NCBI GenBank assembly: GCA_964016885.1
Contig: OZ024743.1
Span: 29,698,001 to 29,762,000, forward strand
Reading direction: 5' to 3'
Origin: Eledone cirrhosa
Taxonomy: Eukaryota
DNA: 64,000 nt
Shown: positions 1 to 15,082 of the stretch, in pieces
How the letters are laid out: each line of letters opens with the position of its first letter
Numbering within the stretch: the first letter of the stretch is position 1
The notes under the pieces: model-generated
Databases searched by the model: none
Seen by the model: the letters and a program-made list of their open reading frames with translations, nothing else
What the model was told of the DNA's origin: nothing
Position numbers and translations under genes: made by a program

Positions 1-163
1 ATGATACGCGATACGTACAGACATATATACATACAAACATAAAATGCAAGCACATAAATTCATATACGAGTTGAATACAGATTCGGAGATACATACCGTC
101 AGCCATGTATATTTAATAATTGTGATACCACCCCCCCTATATACACACAAACACACATATGTA

Positions 164-194
<31 letters not shown>

Positions 195-855
195 GTGTGT
201 GTGTGTGTGTGTATATATGCACAGGTAGAAGACAAGTATGTGTTTGAAAAATTAAAGATTAAGCGATTCTAAATTATCAATTCAATATTGACTGTTCATT
301 TCGTGTCAGATATTAACACAATGACTCCTTATGTAACAAAAGGCATAGCACAAAAGCAAGAAAATATATAAAAGTAAGATTACCATATTTAAAATAGTAT
401 CTTCCAAGTAATTAGAACATATCTTTGAATGTCTTTTAACGAAAGGTGAAAATAAGGAAACATAAAAAAAGACGATATATCTAAAGTTTTGTTATTTCAG
501 CCGTTAATTGCTTGGATTTTCTTGGTTGAAATGTATGACAGACTACTACTAGTATTATAAGTATCTATACTTATCTCAGACATAACAGCTGCGACCAGAG
601 ATAATAACAATGTTGTTGAAAAAACCCCCCAAAAACATAGTGTCAAGTTGAAAATGGTGATAACGGTAAAAGTTTGAACATATATACATTATAAACATAC
701 AAAGTTAATTTCCATCTGCATAGAGAAGTGTTTGTGATGAATTTAATATCTCTTTCTCTCTCTCGTCAACATGAATGGACCTGTTATTTTCATCTGAAGA
801 CATTTTTTCCAATTCCATCCCACCCGTCCACTCAATCTATCTTATTTCTCATTAT

Positions 856-893
856 TTCTTCTGATGAAGGACTAGCGTCCGAAACGTTAAGAC
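856..893 (+). ncRNA. Minimal type I hammerhead ribozyme
   Basis: tctt-CTGATGA-a-ggac-tagc-gtcc-GAAAC-GTTA-aga: intact core and 4-bp stem II. Followed by a ~155-nt tail ending at (TA)n; the end of that tail recurs at 15010-15085 (+) and 37698-37772 (-). Confidence 0.75.
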
Positions 894-1047
894 CCTCTTC
901 TTGCTATATCAAACGTTAACCTAATATATCCCTTCCATATACTATACCGATTGTGTTGTTATTTCTGTTTACCTTTTCTTATATATTTGATATATATTTA
1001 TCCTGATCGTGCCCTCTTTGGATTTTAGTCTTCAAATTGATTATTAT

Positions 1048-1104
<57 letters not shown>

Positions 1105-1105
<1 letters not shown>

Positions 1106-1992
1106 CCAGGATCGATCGACTTTCGTCAATTCGGCCCTCATCTTAGCTAGATCTAACACTAGTTTAACTAAAAAAGAAATAAACAGAACCAACCGCCTTG
1201 ATAACTTTGATATCACGGTGGGTTTAAGTGACTCAGCGCAGGCAACAAACCTGGTCGGAATTTACCTCCTACACAGACGCAGGGACGTGATTCTTGTACT
1301 ACAAGGAGCTATATATAGTGACCACGCCCTATTTACCGTAAAGAACCATAGCCCCCATAGGATAGAAAATCTTGATAAACTTATACACAAACCCCCATGC
1401 ATTAGGTATACATGTGTGCTGTGTTTAACTACATTACCAATAGTCTATCATATTCACACCTAAATACGGCATCATTTATACTTAGTTGACCAACCCCGCA
1501 TATGTTAATTCATTTTAAATAAAAAATGTTTTGCCCATAGCAGGTATTGGTCATAAGAAATGCAGTAAACCTTCTACTGGCACCGGTAATTACCTCCCTT
1601 AGCGTATTAAATCACTCTCACCGTATTTATACGCATAACATCTAAGACCACAATGCATAGCGATGTAATATTATTATACCCTTTCACGGTTTGTAATTAA
1701 GGACTATGCTATATGAGTATCTTCCTCCGACGAGCTTCCCTGGGCGAAACACGTGTAAGAGCTATATAAATATATGTTTTAACGGCTTGTAACTCTTTCA
1801 TTCATTCATTATTTTGCTTATTCCAGCTCAGCTTAATCTTTACACTAAATATTAACTTTCTCTAATATTTAAACCTGGTAACACTAAGCATTGCCCATAC
1901 TACGTATCCGCTTTTGGCATGTAATATTCTGTATCGCACCTCTTTATATCTCTCATTTCTATCCTCTCTTACGATACAATAACCCTACTATT

Positions 1993-1996
<4 letters not shown>
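1105..1996 (+). mobile_element. Non-coding PLE-derived element between (TA)n tracts, with a 3' hammerhead
   Basis: Bounded by (TA)n on both sides; no credible ORF; HHR at 1724-1762; motifs shared with the elements at 34040-35805 and 46459-47910. Confidence 0.55.
1724..1762 (+). ncRNA. Hammerhead ribozyme (U4C core)
   Basis: ct-CCGACGA-gcttccctgggc-GAAAC-ACGT-GTA-agag; palindromic stem III ACACGTGT. Confidence 0.65.
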
Positions 1997-2055
<59 letters not shown>

Positions 2056-2058
<3 letters not shown>

Positions 2059-2426
2059 TGTATTTGTAAAGCCAAAACAATGCAGGTATGGACATAGAAT
2101 ATAAATGCAAATGCAAAAGATATTGTTGACAATTAGTCTTTTACCTTAAATTTATTTAAATGTCCGTAATTTTCGAGATAATATCTCTTCTTCGGAGGGA
2201 AGTAAAGCGGTTAAACCAGTGTTCTAAATACCTTGCCAAGTCAGAAGAAAAGATATTATGTCGAAAGTTAGGGACATTTAAACAAATTTAAGGTAAAAGA
2301 CTAATTGTCAACAAGATCTTTTGCATTTGCATTTATATTCTATGTCCATACCTGCATTGTTTTGGCTTTACAAATACAAACGTTTATACCTCATTACACA
2401 ATGCTTCAGGTGAACTATAGCTTCCT

Positions 2427-2428
<2 letters not shown>
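2056..2428. mobile_element. Fold-back HHR mini-element (family B)
   Basis: ~140-bp inverted arms (2056-2195 vs 2241-2381) between (TA)n tracts. Minus strand 2161-2200 reads ccct-CCGAAGA-a-gagat-att-atctc-GAAA-a-TTA. Second copy at 5331-5523. Confidence 0.7.
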
Positions 2429-2491
<63 letters not shown>

Positions 2492-3220
2492 ACTCCCTCC
2501 CCCATGTCTACGAACGGAATCATTTTCCTACACACACACACACAAAAATATATTCTCTCCATCTTAACATGCTTACCATACCCTCCTCCTACACACATAC
2601 ACACACACACACACACATATAACCCCCTCCCCCCCCACAAACACACACTCACCAGCACACAAATAAAAATACATATCTCTACTTTCTTTATTTCAATGTC
2701 TGAATTTTGACACCCCAGCACATCAGCCATACTCACTGAAGCAGAATAATACTCCCCATCTCCCTTTTCGTGACCGTTATCTTTTGTTTGGCACACAATT
2801 CAAACACGAACTGGGGCGAATGTTGATGTGCTTATTCACATGACTGTATCAACCAACCAATTTTAACTCATGAGAAAACAATCTGAGCCCACCCCCTACC
2901 TTTTTTTTAAAGGGAAATATAATAAGAACTTTGTAACGCGAACTGGTGCGAAATTTATCATACTTATTTACATGACAGTCATCAACCGACCAAATTACTT
3001 TTCTAAAAACCTAGCAATTCGAGCCACTTTTTTCCATATAAAACAGAAGTAACATCCGAGCACCAACGTGATGCGAGAAAAACCACAAACCCTCCATATC
3101 AATTCTACTTTTTAAAAGCATAAGAACTTCGAAACCGGTAACGGAACCAAATAAATATGTTTTAAAAAGACTCCAGTTGCATTTTCGATTTCATCTTTTT
3201 TCCCTTACACACAGACGCAC

Positions 3221-3343
<123 letters not shown>

Positions 3344-3344
3344 C

Positions 3345-3705
3345 AGTGTATCCCCGGAATTCTCGGTCCCGGCTATTCTCGGATTTTTCCTTAGAACCTC
3401 ACTAATAGTTGTTCGTTGAAACCACCGCATATTCGTGGAATCATAAATATCTTCCATGATATTTCTATGGCTTTTAATCGTGGCAATATATTTATATTTT
3501 AAAGCTAAATTATTAATAACAATATACCTATTTTCGGCCTATTGAAGGCCCCTTCGCATAATACGTTCCATGCTTCCTTATTATATTTTAGGTCGTATTT
3601 TGACTTTTATAGTTATTTCCATGTACCACGTCCGATATTCGCGGTTTCTCAATCTTTGCGGATTCTCCAGGAACATAACCCATACGAATACCGGGGGACA
3701 ATAAT
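3345..3705. mobile_element. MITE, probably Tc1/mariner-pogo type
   Basis: Imperfect terminal inverted repeats tgtatccccggaattc / gaataccgggggaca, TA-flanked, non-coding. Confidence 0.45.
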
Positions 3706-3717
3706 ATATATATATAT

Positions 3718-4087
3718 GCAAATTGTCTTATTAATAACATAGTCTATAAATGTAAAATTAGCACTAAGGACTCAATTTATTCATATATAGGAGCTACGTC
3801 TAACCAATTTAAACATGACTTTTTAAAATGCCGCATTAGCTAATACAACATCCTTGGCTGAAACAATTAATAATTATAGAAAGAAGAATATCGATTACGA
3901 CCTGACCCGGAGCGTGCTCAAAAGGGCCACTCCTTATCAAAATAACAGATACGAGTGTAGGTTATGCTCCCAGGAACTTTTTGAAATCATGAAATCTGAG
4001 GATATCCTATTAAATAAGCAACAGGAATTAATTATATCTTGCAATCATAGAATTAGAAGAACCTTCAAATATTATAAACCTAATTAA
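3718..4087 (+). pseudogene. PLE GIY-YIG endonuclease fragment
   Basis: Translation aligns by eye with the 48075-48746 ORF; a deletion or stop follows YIGATSNQFK. Confidence 0.75.
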
Positions 4088-4791
4088 TATACACCTTACT
4101 CTTATATTTTACATATTATTATAATTAGTTTTTTTAAATTAGTTAACCTATAATTAGTATTTTACCACAGAGAACTTCATAATTTTATTTCCCTCTTACA
4201 GCTCTCTTTTCCTAAAATTAATACCTAAAAGTATACCTATAAATTAATTTAATTTCCTGTTATGAATCGAGATTCCTTGTAGTTTATATAAGATTGGTAT
4301 TTCTCACATCTACCCTTATCCCAAAATTTTACTTTCCTTCGTTTTTAACAACACTTTTTAATAACATCTAATTCTTATTTATCACATTCATATGAATTAA
4401 TATAAATTTATCCCTATAAGTAAGCCTATCACTTAATTTAATTACTTGTTATAGATCCTTGTGGTTTAAATAAGATTGGTATTTCTCACTAATACTCTTA
4501 TCCTAACATTTTAATTTCCTTCGTTTTTAACATTATTCTTTAATAACATCAAATTCTCGTGTACCCTTCACTGGCTTGACCTCTTTTCAACCCCAAAGTA
4601 TTCTTTTCATTCAAATTATTCTTTTCCTTCAAAACATAAGTCTGCACTCCTCTACCCCTAAATTAAATATCTACTACCACTATTCTATCAACTTGACCTC
4701 TAACTACTTTTCTATTGGCCAATTCAAAGCCTGTCCCCAAACAGACCTTTTATATTAAATCTTTGTTGGTTTTTTTTTCAATAAACGAATC

Positions 4792-4928
4792 TCATCATTT
4801 CTAAAGACAGCATGTATATGTGAAGATAATGTATATTTCCTCTGATAATTTGTAATATTTTTACAAAGATCTATATGATATACATACCAACACACATATA
4901 CATCCTAGAAACGATCGTAAAATGATGA
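4792..4928 (+). ncRNA. Hammerhead with ~100-nt stem II (core decayed)
   Basis: Stem I tcatcattt/aaatgatga; core CTAAAGA (G5A); stem II atgtatatgtg...cacatatacat; GAAAC-GATC-GTA. Confidence 0.65.
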
Positions 4929-4980
4929 ATATTTTAATATAATGAACTTGTTCTTTGTTTTTATTTCATTGTTTTTATTA

Positions 4981-5047
<67 letters not shown>

Positions 5048-5049
<2 letters not shown>

Positions 5050-5208
5050 AACATGTATGACCCCGACGGCAGAGCTCAAGCCGTTTCGACGGGGGACATA
5101 CTTTTGCCGTTGGGGACATACTTTTGCCTATTACCCACTCTACTACCCTAACTATTGAGTACTCTGGTGCGTTATGGTCCATCTGTTTCCCTACCACAAC
5201 TCCTTCGT
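5048..5208 (+). mobile_element. Family X HHR mini-element, folded back
   Basis: gaccccgacggcagagctcaagccgtttcgacgg plus tail ttacccactctactacccta...ccttcgt(TA)n, shared with five other loci. Confidence 0.8.
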
Positions 5209-5227
5209 TATATATATAAATATATAA

Positions 5228-5523
<296 letters not shown>

Positions 5524-6294
5524 ACTGACAGGAAATGGTATATATATAGCGCACACACGGAAATAGACAGACACACACATATACATATATACGTACCATG
5601 GGGTTCCGCAAAGTTTCTGTCCCCTAAATTTAACTAACAAGACATTTGGTCAACACATGGATATAGTAGAATACACCTGATAAAATTTCCGCGTAATTGA
5701 GCCTAACCTGTAGCTACATTCTTATGAAGTATATATATTTCTCTGAATTTATGAATTTACTTTTGTTTGTGTATATATTGTTTAATAAGTCCACCAAAGA
5801 ACATAGAGAAAGGGAAAAATATTTATTTATAAATCGGCATGAATCCGAGTGAAGTTTTTGAGAAGTATTAAAGCTGGTGAACGGAGCACGTACTGACTGT
5901 CGGACAGAACTAAACTATAGTACTGTCTGGCGTTATTTGGACTCATAAAGCTGTCATAGGAAAGAGTGATGAAAAATGTAGGCAAACTCCCGAAACACCA
6001 ATAACACTTTTTTTCTATCTACTTCCTGATACCTCTATCTATCTTTCTTTCTCATTAACATCATGGTCACATCCTCTCACTCTGCGTCTACATCTCACCT
6101 TCATCTGTATGTCTCCATGTTCTCTCTGATTTTGTTTTTCTCTCGTGTTCTCTTACATTGAAAGCTCTCCTTTCTCTTTCCTTCAAACTTTTCTTTATGC
6201 AAGTGGAAATATAAAACAATGAATGCAAACAATTATTACAATTTTATTTCAAAATATATGTTATTCAATATTTCCCTGTGTGATGGAAAATACT

Positions 6295-6610
6295 ACTAAT
6301 AATACTTTTTTATTGGCCAAAAGGGCCTACATATTGGGGACGATAAAATAGACTGGAACAGTGGAGGTTTACAAAAAACATCGAAAAAAAAACAACAAAA
6401 GCAATTAACAATAACATATGAGAAAGTAAAGTCCCCAATACAGGCGATTCCAGTACCCCACCAATCTCGAACCACCCGACGCTTCGAGGACAATCGGGAA
6501 AGTACCCCTCTCCTCCTCAAATCAACCAGCTTACAGGCGCATGCTCAGAGTAATCCTAGCCACACGGGCCATTCTCGTCACATTCACCAATATTTTAGCA
6601 AATGTACTGG
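6295..6610 (-). mobile_element. 3' end of an L1/Tx1-like LINE
   Basis: Reverse complement resembles 61010-61315, which lies downstream of L1/Tx1-type RT motifs. Confidence 0.55.
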
Positions 6611-6724
6611 AGGTGGGCAGCATTTGTCTCTTCATCCTCACCTTCCTTTCCAGGCCAAACTTGAAAAAGTTGTTTTGCTACCACCACCAGGCAGGAAAAC
6701 AGCTTGCACGGTTAAAAGGATGTG

Positions 6725-7790
6725 GCCTTCCTCATTATCTGAGACACTAAATGGAACGGGGCTAGGGTATAAATGCTACAATGAGAAAATTAACTATATT
6801 TTATATATGGATGATCTAAAGCTGTATCCTGCAGAGAGATGTCAACTCAAAACACTGCTACAAACATTATATTAGTTCCCGAAAAAAGAAAGCATGAAAT
6901 TTGGGCTACACTGAAGTGAGGGAAAACAAGTGTAAATTTCTAATATCATGCTAGATAAAGAAACTAAGATAAAATGATTAGATAAAACACAGACATACAA
7001 ATACTTAGGAATCAACGAACTAGATAAGGCTCAAAACACAGAGATCAAAGAAAATATTTGTTAGCAATACTACAGACGGATTAGATTAGTACTTAAAACT
7101 GAAGAAAATGCAAAGGATAAGGTAATTGACGTCAATACTCTGGCGATCCTAGTATTAATTTACAGATTTAATATTCAAATGGAGACTAGAGAACTAGCTG
7201 AATTAGACACAAACAAATAAGTAAAGTAATGCCTGGATTTAGAATACAGCATTCAGAATCAGATGTGGAAAGATTATACCGACTCTATCAGAAGAAGAAA
7301 GTAAAAATAAAGAAAGAAATAGAAGTATTGAAAGTTGACCTCTTCGTTATTCATGAAGTGTTAAATTGGGTTCAAATGTCTACCTTGGAATCCAGAAAAG
7401 CAAATGGAATAACAAATACGAAATAACAGTCCTCAACAATAAAACAAAAATAAGAGAAACATTAAAGACTCCTGAAGTGAAAAAGGTTACGACGGTATGA
7501 AAAAAAGATTATAAGCAAAACAAATGTTTGAAAGAGATGTCAACAGCTTTATAGAGTAATAGGAAAACATGAATTTAAAACTCCAATATGATGAAAGAAA
7601 TACAACTATTCATGGAAACCTCTGGAGTAATTCAAAGAAACACAATGAAAACGCTGATCATAAAGAGAATAACATTCCTCTTATCCAAAAATGAAGGAAC
7701 TGAAGGACATAAGAATTACATTCCTGTCAACCTTGTGAATGAAATAGCCTTGCCGAAAGCTGTGTGGAAACCCGTCAGTTGGGGGTATAC
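6725..7790 (+). pseudogene. Degenerate non-LTR RT fragment, R4/Dong-like
   Basis: INYILYMDDLKLY, FGL, YKYLGINE, YYRRIRLVLKTE; a displaced KNYIPV(N) motif near 7710; several stops. Confidence 0.7.
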
Positions 7791-10198
7791 CTGTAATTAA
7801 GAGAGTTATTATTGTCACACATCGCGGTTTACGTAAATTGTACATATGACAGTGGTGAACTCAGAGACACACAACTTTGTTAAACGAAATGAATTGAAAA
7901 CGATTCATATGTCTAAAACTATTTTACAGCCTTCTATTCGTTTAGAATGTTTGTATGTGAATTGAAGGATCATTTGAAGTGCTATTTCTAAGCAATCGAG
8001 TGACTTCGTAGGGGCTCCCTTTATTTTCCTGTGTTCGTATATTTGAAAGTTATTGCATATACATTACTATGTATTTATTTAAATTACCATCCGCTAATAA
8101 TGCACAATATGTTGAACGGTTGAAAAGGGCAGATTAAGGATTTAAATCAAATTATAAAAATGTTCCATCATTTATTAGTTTTTAAATTACCCAATCATTC
8201 TTAACTCATCAATACGTTATTTTTCTCAGCTAACTAACATCTCGATACGGTCAGAATGTTATATCAAATACAAATTATTAAATCAATTTTGGAAATGTCT
8301 TTTTTATCACCAAAAATTGGTAAATCGTTTTTGTTCAGTTGATTCACGTAATGATCTAGAGTTATTTCGATTCGACTGGAGAGTGATGTATAAGATAAAT
8401 TTTGGATGGAAATATATAACAAATGATTATATAAAATAGTCATGTCAGATTTCTCATGATTGGGAAGAACTTTTATTTCATAGAAGTGTCAGAATATAGA
8501 AGTAATATTTCAGATAAACACTGTTCACGTCCCATTTTCGATACATCATGACAAGCATCCGTTCTCATATTACTTAGCATTCGTGTAATATTTTAGAAAG
8601 TCCATATTCTAATATTTGCGTGGCGTTATGGGATACATTCTGGGATCATATGAATATGTAAGTAATCCATTTATTTATCATTGAATTGTTTATTTGATTC
8701 TTCTTAATTTGACTTTATTACTTCAGGTAACAGTATTTTGAATATAAACCGCTTCAAATACAAGGTTGACCTGCAAGATTTTGCATTCGGAAATGCAAAA
8801 AACACCAGATTCCATTTCCGTTTTCTAAATCATTTATCACCTACTCGAAGTTGTTTATAATGATAAAGTTTCATGTTCTAATGTTTAGCCACATATGGGA
8901 CCAATGAAGAGATACATGAATTAAAGGATATCCAGACAGACATTCCATCTGGCCTTCCATCTTATATTTATCCAGAGCTACATTATCAAATGATCCATTT
9001 TTTCTATATATTTCAGGATATTTTTATGCTATTTGTAGAATGTTGTAGAAACTGTACTGAATAGAAATTCCCTTAAAGTTTTCTTAAATATTCTCCAAGT
9101 GATGTGAGATTATGTATGTTTAGAAATGTTGAATATGATATAAATTTTACAAAGAGGTATTTGTTCTTGTTTGGACATAGATCGGTCTTGATTGAGAATA
9201 ACAATGTCAACACTTATTCAAAAATATTTCATCCAGCGCCATATTATCAAAAACCTACTTCCCATAGGGTTGTCTGTGAATTGAGTGAGATTTGGCAGCT
9301 GTTTATGGTCAATTGAAGAATCTCGTAGAGGGTTTCACTTTTGTTGTTGAGAATGTAGTGTATTTTGGTTATATTATTGATAAAGATATTACAACTCACG
9401 TTTTAGCATCCCGCCGTCTACAATACAAAGCTAATCAACCATGAATCCGTATCTCTAATTATGAAACATCAATCAGCCATTCCTATTCAGCTATGTGTTA
9501 CGTGAGATAAATAAACTTGTGATTGATTGACTGAATGTTTGATTGACTAATCGACCGACTGGTGTTTCGAATATGGTTTTCCTTTAACGAGTGCGTGAAC
9601 AATTGATGAAGTAAAGTGCCGAAGGTCACATAAGTAATTTAGTTTCGATAATAAATTTATACAAACCGTTACTTGTAACTACATCAACGAAATCGAATTA
9701 ATAGCTTATTCAATATTGTTAAGCATTGTGAATATAATGTTTTATGTCATGTCGGACATTATTAACAGAAAGGTGATGTTTAGAGGTTTGTTGACAAATA
9801 AATAGTTGTGTCAATAGTAAAAACTACTCTCAACAATGTTATTTGATTTTTCTTTCAGTTAATCCCCATAATCATGAAATACTATTGTAATCAGATTCAT
9901 TCGTCTATTCTGAAGTTTGTCTTGGGGATTATGTTTAAAGGTTTCTCTGATTGTTATTTTTCATTACAATAGAGTAAACTCTGCTAACATTACATAATTA
10001 TTTGTTCATACATTAGGATAAAAATACTTATTAACCTGTAAAGCAATAATGATTAGGTTATTTGTGCAGTAATTAGCAATCTGCTGCCAGGTGCTTTCGG
10101 CACCATATTTTAATTAATGATACAATGCATTGTAACATTGATTTAGATGTTCTGTGTTGATAGAGTTATAACGAATGTTTGTGTTCGGGTGTACAATC

Positions 10199-10199
10199 T

Positions 10200-10288
<89 letters not shown>
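10199..10288. repeat. (CTA)n microsatellite
   Basis: Perfect trinucleotide run. Confidence 0.95.
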
Positions 10289-10529
10289 AGCATATTGGAT
10301 ACGACTTTAAACCAGCCAACTTAGAAGGTCTTCTTTTTAAGAAAATATATCTTTGTGTCTGCACGAGACTCTTGTGTATCTAGCGGATGAGGCAGTTTAT
10401 ACTTTTGCAGATATTTGTTATGGATAGATTATTTCCATTTCTATTGGATAAGCCACTTGGATTCTCTATTGTTCATCATGACGATTTAGTATCCTTTTCA
10501 AACAAAATTGCTCTGCATTATCTCTATGT

Positions 10530-10714
10530 GGCAGGTGGTTTGGCAGAATCGGTAGAGCGTCAGACACCATGCTTTGCAGCATAGTTATGACCCTTTGCGT
10601 TCTGAGTTCAAATCCTGCCGAGGTTAACTTTGCCTTTCATCCTTACGAGGTTGATAAAATAAAGTACCAGTAATGTACTGAGTAATTGCTGGCCTTGTGC
10701 CAAAAGTAGAAACA
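10530..10714 (+). mobile_element. tRNA-derived SINE, family 1
   Basis: A box tggcagaatcgg, B box gagttcaaatcc, conserved body aactttgcctttcatcc...gataaaataaagtaccag, tail agtagaaac. Confidence 0.85.
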
Positions 10715-11188
10715 CTTCTCTCTGTTTGGCACGAAAAGATTTTGTGTTTTTAGCTGGTGGACTATTCAACTTCCCTTTTTGTAATATGTCTCAGTTGACT
10801 GGATTCTGCCAACTGTATTCTGCAATTTGGCCTTTAGCCCAGCCATGCTTGGTGTTTGTTATCAAGATTTAGAGCTTCATAATAATCTTCTCATTCATTA
10901 ATATTCCATTGCGAATTCAGACTCATTTTATTGTGTAATTGCATTGTTTAACATCTTGCTGTGGACATATTAGGATTAGTCATTTGGAAAGCAAAAATCT
11001 ATGCAGGTTGTCAATTCGTTTTTACGTGACAACATTTTTTTAATTAGATTTAGGTCATATTTGTGTTGGCGTTGCATTTTGGGGCTTATATCATTTCCAC
11101 ACAATGTAATATTTGGGTTTATTGACAGCCATCTACTACAAGGGTCGACATTCTGTCCTTTAGTAATTAAAATGGATATTATTTAGGA

Positions 11189-11380
11189 AGGCGGTGGATT
11201 GGAAATATCGGTAGGGCATCAGACATCATGTTTTGCCACATAGAGTTATGACTCTTTACGTTCTGAGTTAAAATTTCACCGAGGTTTACTTTGCCTTTCC
11301 TTCTTACGGGGTCGATAAAATAAAGCACCATTAATGCACTGGTGTAATTTCTACCATTGTGCCAAAAGTAGAAACAGTTA
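11189..11380 (+). mobile_element. SINE family 1
   Basis: Same head, body and tail. Confidence 0.85.
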
Positions 11381-13539
11381 TTTAGGATGGCTATGTATTG
11401 CTATGATGTGAACATATATCAAATTTGTCGTACGTATTAAACCAGTGTCGCTGGCGAAAAGGTTAGGACGTTGAATGGAATATTTTGCGGTGTTTGTTTT
11501 GCCTTGCTATATTCTCTGTTCAAATCTGATTGTGGCCAACTAGAGAGTAAGATTAATCAGTTACCCAGTTTAAGAATAACATCTGGCTTTTGGGTATCTG
11601 CACCAGTGTTCAGATAACTGCACTCATTTATGCCAGTTTTCAGATTCCGTCTTCACTCCTCTCCATACCATCCGTTTCTTACCACATCATTGATAAACAC
11701 CACAACACTGCCACGGTCTAATGTACTCAATGTATTGTAAACAATTGAAACTCTCCAGTTTATATTGTAAGCATTTGAAAATATCCAGTTTAATGGCTGC
11801 TAATATTATGCCTTATTATTCGATTAGAATACTGGGTCATATAATCCTCTCTTATTGTTTATCCAACTTATCATCACTACAGTTATTTTCATTGTCTCTT
11901 TGTTGGTACATCTTTAGCGATTGGAATAACTTTTTCGTTGCAGCTATTTTCAATTGTGTTTACATTATTATAAACATTGAACATACAGAAAGCAACTAAA
12001 CAGTACACGGCGTTGAACTCGCTTTTGTTATCAACTACACTTTTTTAAAGACTTTGTCACATTCAAACCTATTAGTCACTCAGTGCTGATCAGAGAAACA
12101 AAACATTAGATTTTCAAGAATTCATTTTTTAACCACTAAAAAATTAAAAGAAAAAAATAGAAAATGAATATAAGAGAAAACAAAGAATATTTTGAGAAAA
12201 ATATTGATCAATATAATATATAAAAGCATAAACATTTGTATGTGCTGTAAACATGACATTTGGGTTATATAAATATATTTCTGTAGATGAAATGCAAATT
12301 TCATTCTCACGTTATCACTTTGTCACTTTATAAAGAAATATGGAATGATGGAAGAAATGAATAATATCTGTTATTCTCAACGTCTTATCATAAAAATGGC
12401 ATAAATTTTCCGAAAATCTAAACTATAAACGTTCAACAGTTCTTGCAAGAATTAAAAAAAACTGTAGAAAAATTGTTTAAAAATACCTTAAAACACATAG
12501 TCAATGCGACTGTAAATGTGAATTGTTAATGCCACATACATACATTCACACATAAACACATGGTAATATATTTACATGATATATTTGTATGGATTTTATG
12601 TATTTAGATATACATATATTTAAGTACAAAGTCATTCAAATTATATATGTTTTTATATGCATAAGCTTAATGTGTAAATATTTTTACAATCGTAAAATAT
12701 ATTGACGCATATATAGAAATTTACAACGACAATCTCCCAAAGAACATATACAACAAATCCAAAATAGATAAATGAACTTAAAATTGTGTATAGAAACAGC
12801 GCACAACAAATATGATACACAATATATACGTGGCGTGCGGCACAAATGTATTATATGATCTCCATCTGAACATTATCTTTCAAAGATCCAATCGCAGGAT
12901 TTCTCATTGAACTATGTATTATGGAAAATACAAAGGATATCAGCTGAAAACAGATGTAGTCCATATATTTGCGTTAAATAAATATAATTTTGAAGATGCA
13001 ATACAAATTCCTTCATTAAACAGAGATATATGGAAAGAAAAATGTATACAAAAATAGTATTCACTTGATTTCTTTACCCAGTTCGAGTTTCATATAATAG
13101 TAGAGAAAATATGTGAAAATTAAATGATAATCATATCAGCTATACATAATATAAAAGAGAGATATTTGGTGGTTGGTTTGTTCGGGCATCACACAAAAAC
13201 GAAAATTGATAATCAAAAGTAAGTACAGCAATGGAATAAAGGTATACCCATGATTGTTTATTGATACTAATATTATAATATGAAAGAAGAAAATCACTTC
13301 GGGTATGTTAACCAACCTGATTCCTATTTCTAGGAGGCTGGGAATCAACCATAAGGGCGCGTTCACTGTCAGTGATGATCGTGTATCGCGGCCAGCGTCT
13401 CCGATTCAAACGGTGGTACACACACACACATACACACACACATACACACACACACACACACACACATAGACGCACACTCACACAAACACACACGCGCACA
13501 TAAATATATAATTATCTATATCTTTATATAATGTAAAAG

Positions 13540-14150
13540 ATTGGAACTCCCATGATTCTTTTGAGAAACCTTAACCAGCCATGTCTATGCAATGACACAC
13601 GATTTAGAAAATGAACCATCTCCTAGAGGCCACTATTCTTGAGGTCAATCACCTAGGAGGAAATGCATTTATTCCCAAGATTCCTCTCGCCCCTTTCTCC
13701 ACCGAGCTGCTGTTCAAATTCTCAAGACATCAGTTCCCTGTTAGAGCCAGTTTTGCTATGATTATAAATACAGCTCACGTTCAGATTTTCAAAGATGTAT
13801 GGTTGAATATAAGGGAATTACTTTTTACGCATGGACAGTTATATGTATGTTGTTCACCAGCGGGAACACCTTGACATCTTCATATACTATGCACAAACGG
13901 TAAAACGAATAATCTGTATTTGGATGATTGTTTACTGTTTTTCTCTCTTTAGTTACACATACGCACACACACACGCACACATTACACACACACACACAAA
14001 CACACACACAAACACACACACACAAACACACACACCACAGTCTCCCCTCATGCTGTAAACCAGAGGGCGCATCCAATACAGGCGTTTTCATTTCTACCTG
14101 TCCTTTCTTATCATCTGTTTACCCGTGCGAAGCTGGGTACGTCAACAACT
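13540..14150 (+). mobile_element. Helitron fragment (PIF1-like helicase C-terminus and 3' hairpin)
   Basis: LLRNLN...FIPKIPL...QFPVRASFAMIIN...FTHGQLYVCCS; hairpin acccgtgcgaagctgggt near 14121. Confidence 0.8.
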
Positions 14151-14479
14151 TCTGGTATAAAGTAATAAAGAAGGTAGTATATATAGTAAAAGAATGAAGC
14201 CAAAGAATTAGCACATCTTAGTTTAAAAAATAAGAAAAGCATATGCAATTTAAACCGAATGAAAATGCAGATAAGAAATGGTGAGCTGAAGGATACACGC
14301 ACAAATATCCAAATTTGATAAATATTTACCTCGTAATTTCAGAAAAAAATTAAAATCTAGTGTTCACTTTTAGCATGTGTCAAAACAGTCTAGAACTATG
14401 TTCTAAACATATGATCTTTTTCTTAGAATAAGTTGAGAGCTACGAACATTCTCCGGCATTGTACGTATTTTCATGCGTG

Positions 14480-15082
14480 TAAGTATTTATTTAATTTCTA
14501 TTACCTCTGTATTGTATTTTATTTACTTTATTCTTAACTCTGAAGCGGAGATTCATTCGGTTTCCAAGTTAGAATTTTAGTCTACGACTTCAGCTATACC
14601 ATTTACGTGGTTTTGTCTTTGTGTGCAATTGTTCTCTATGCTCCACATAAGACGTATTATCTTCGTCTTTCCGTTCATTGCCAGAGAACGTCTCTATGAA
14701 CCACCTAAGAGAATATTAGTCAACGACTTCTTTTATACCATAAACGTCGTTCTGTCTTTGCGTGTAATTGTTTTTCACCGCTCCTATTAATGACGTATTA
14801 TAGTCGTTTTTTCCCGTTCTTTGCCAGCGAACGTTACCACGAACCAAAGTATCGTCTTCCTGTCTTCCTCCGGTTGCAACGTTTTTTGAAATATCCACTT
14901 CTGCGTTTACAGTTTGACTTTGTTAGTTTCAGAAGATCCCGTTAAGGGTGAAAGCAGCGATTATTTGCTTAAACTTTAATCTGTTATTTTAATAAATATT
15001 TGCTTTACGGTTCTTATATATTTGATATATATTTATCCTTATCGAGCCCTCTTTGGATTTTAGTCTTCAAATTTATTATTAT

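Larger units (their letters stand above)
3718..4982 (+). mobile_element. 5'-truncated Hydra-type Penelope-like element
   Basis: Degenerate GIY-YIG (CLINNIVYKC...YIGATS...CRLC...E...LLNK...CNH), pyrimidine-rich 3' region with a ~190-bp internal duplication, HHR at 4792-4928, ends in (TA)n. Confidence 0.75.

Noticed and set aside
1105-1153. Minus-strand HHR at the left end of the 1105 element
   Set aside because: agatga...gaaagtc lacks a pairing stem II; it is better read as a gac-GAAA-gtc hairpin.
5596-5720. Tc1/mariner-like terminal sequence
   Set aside because: No partner TIR or transposase found.
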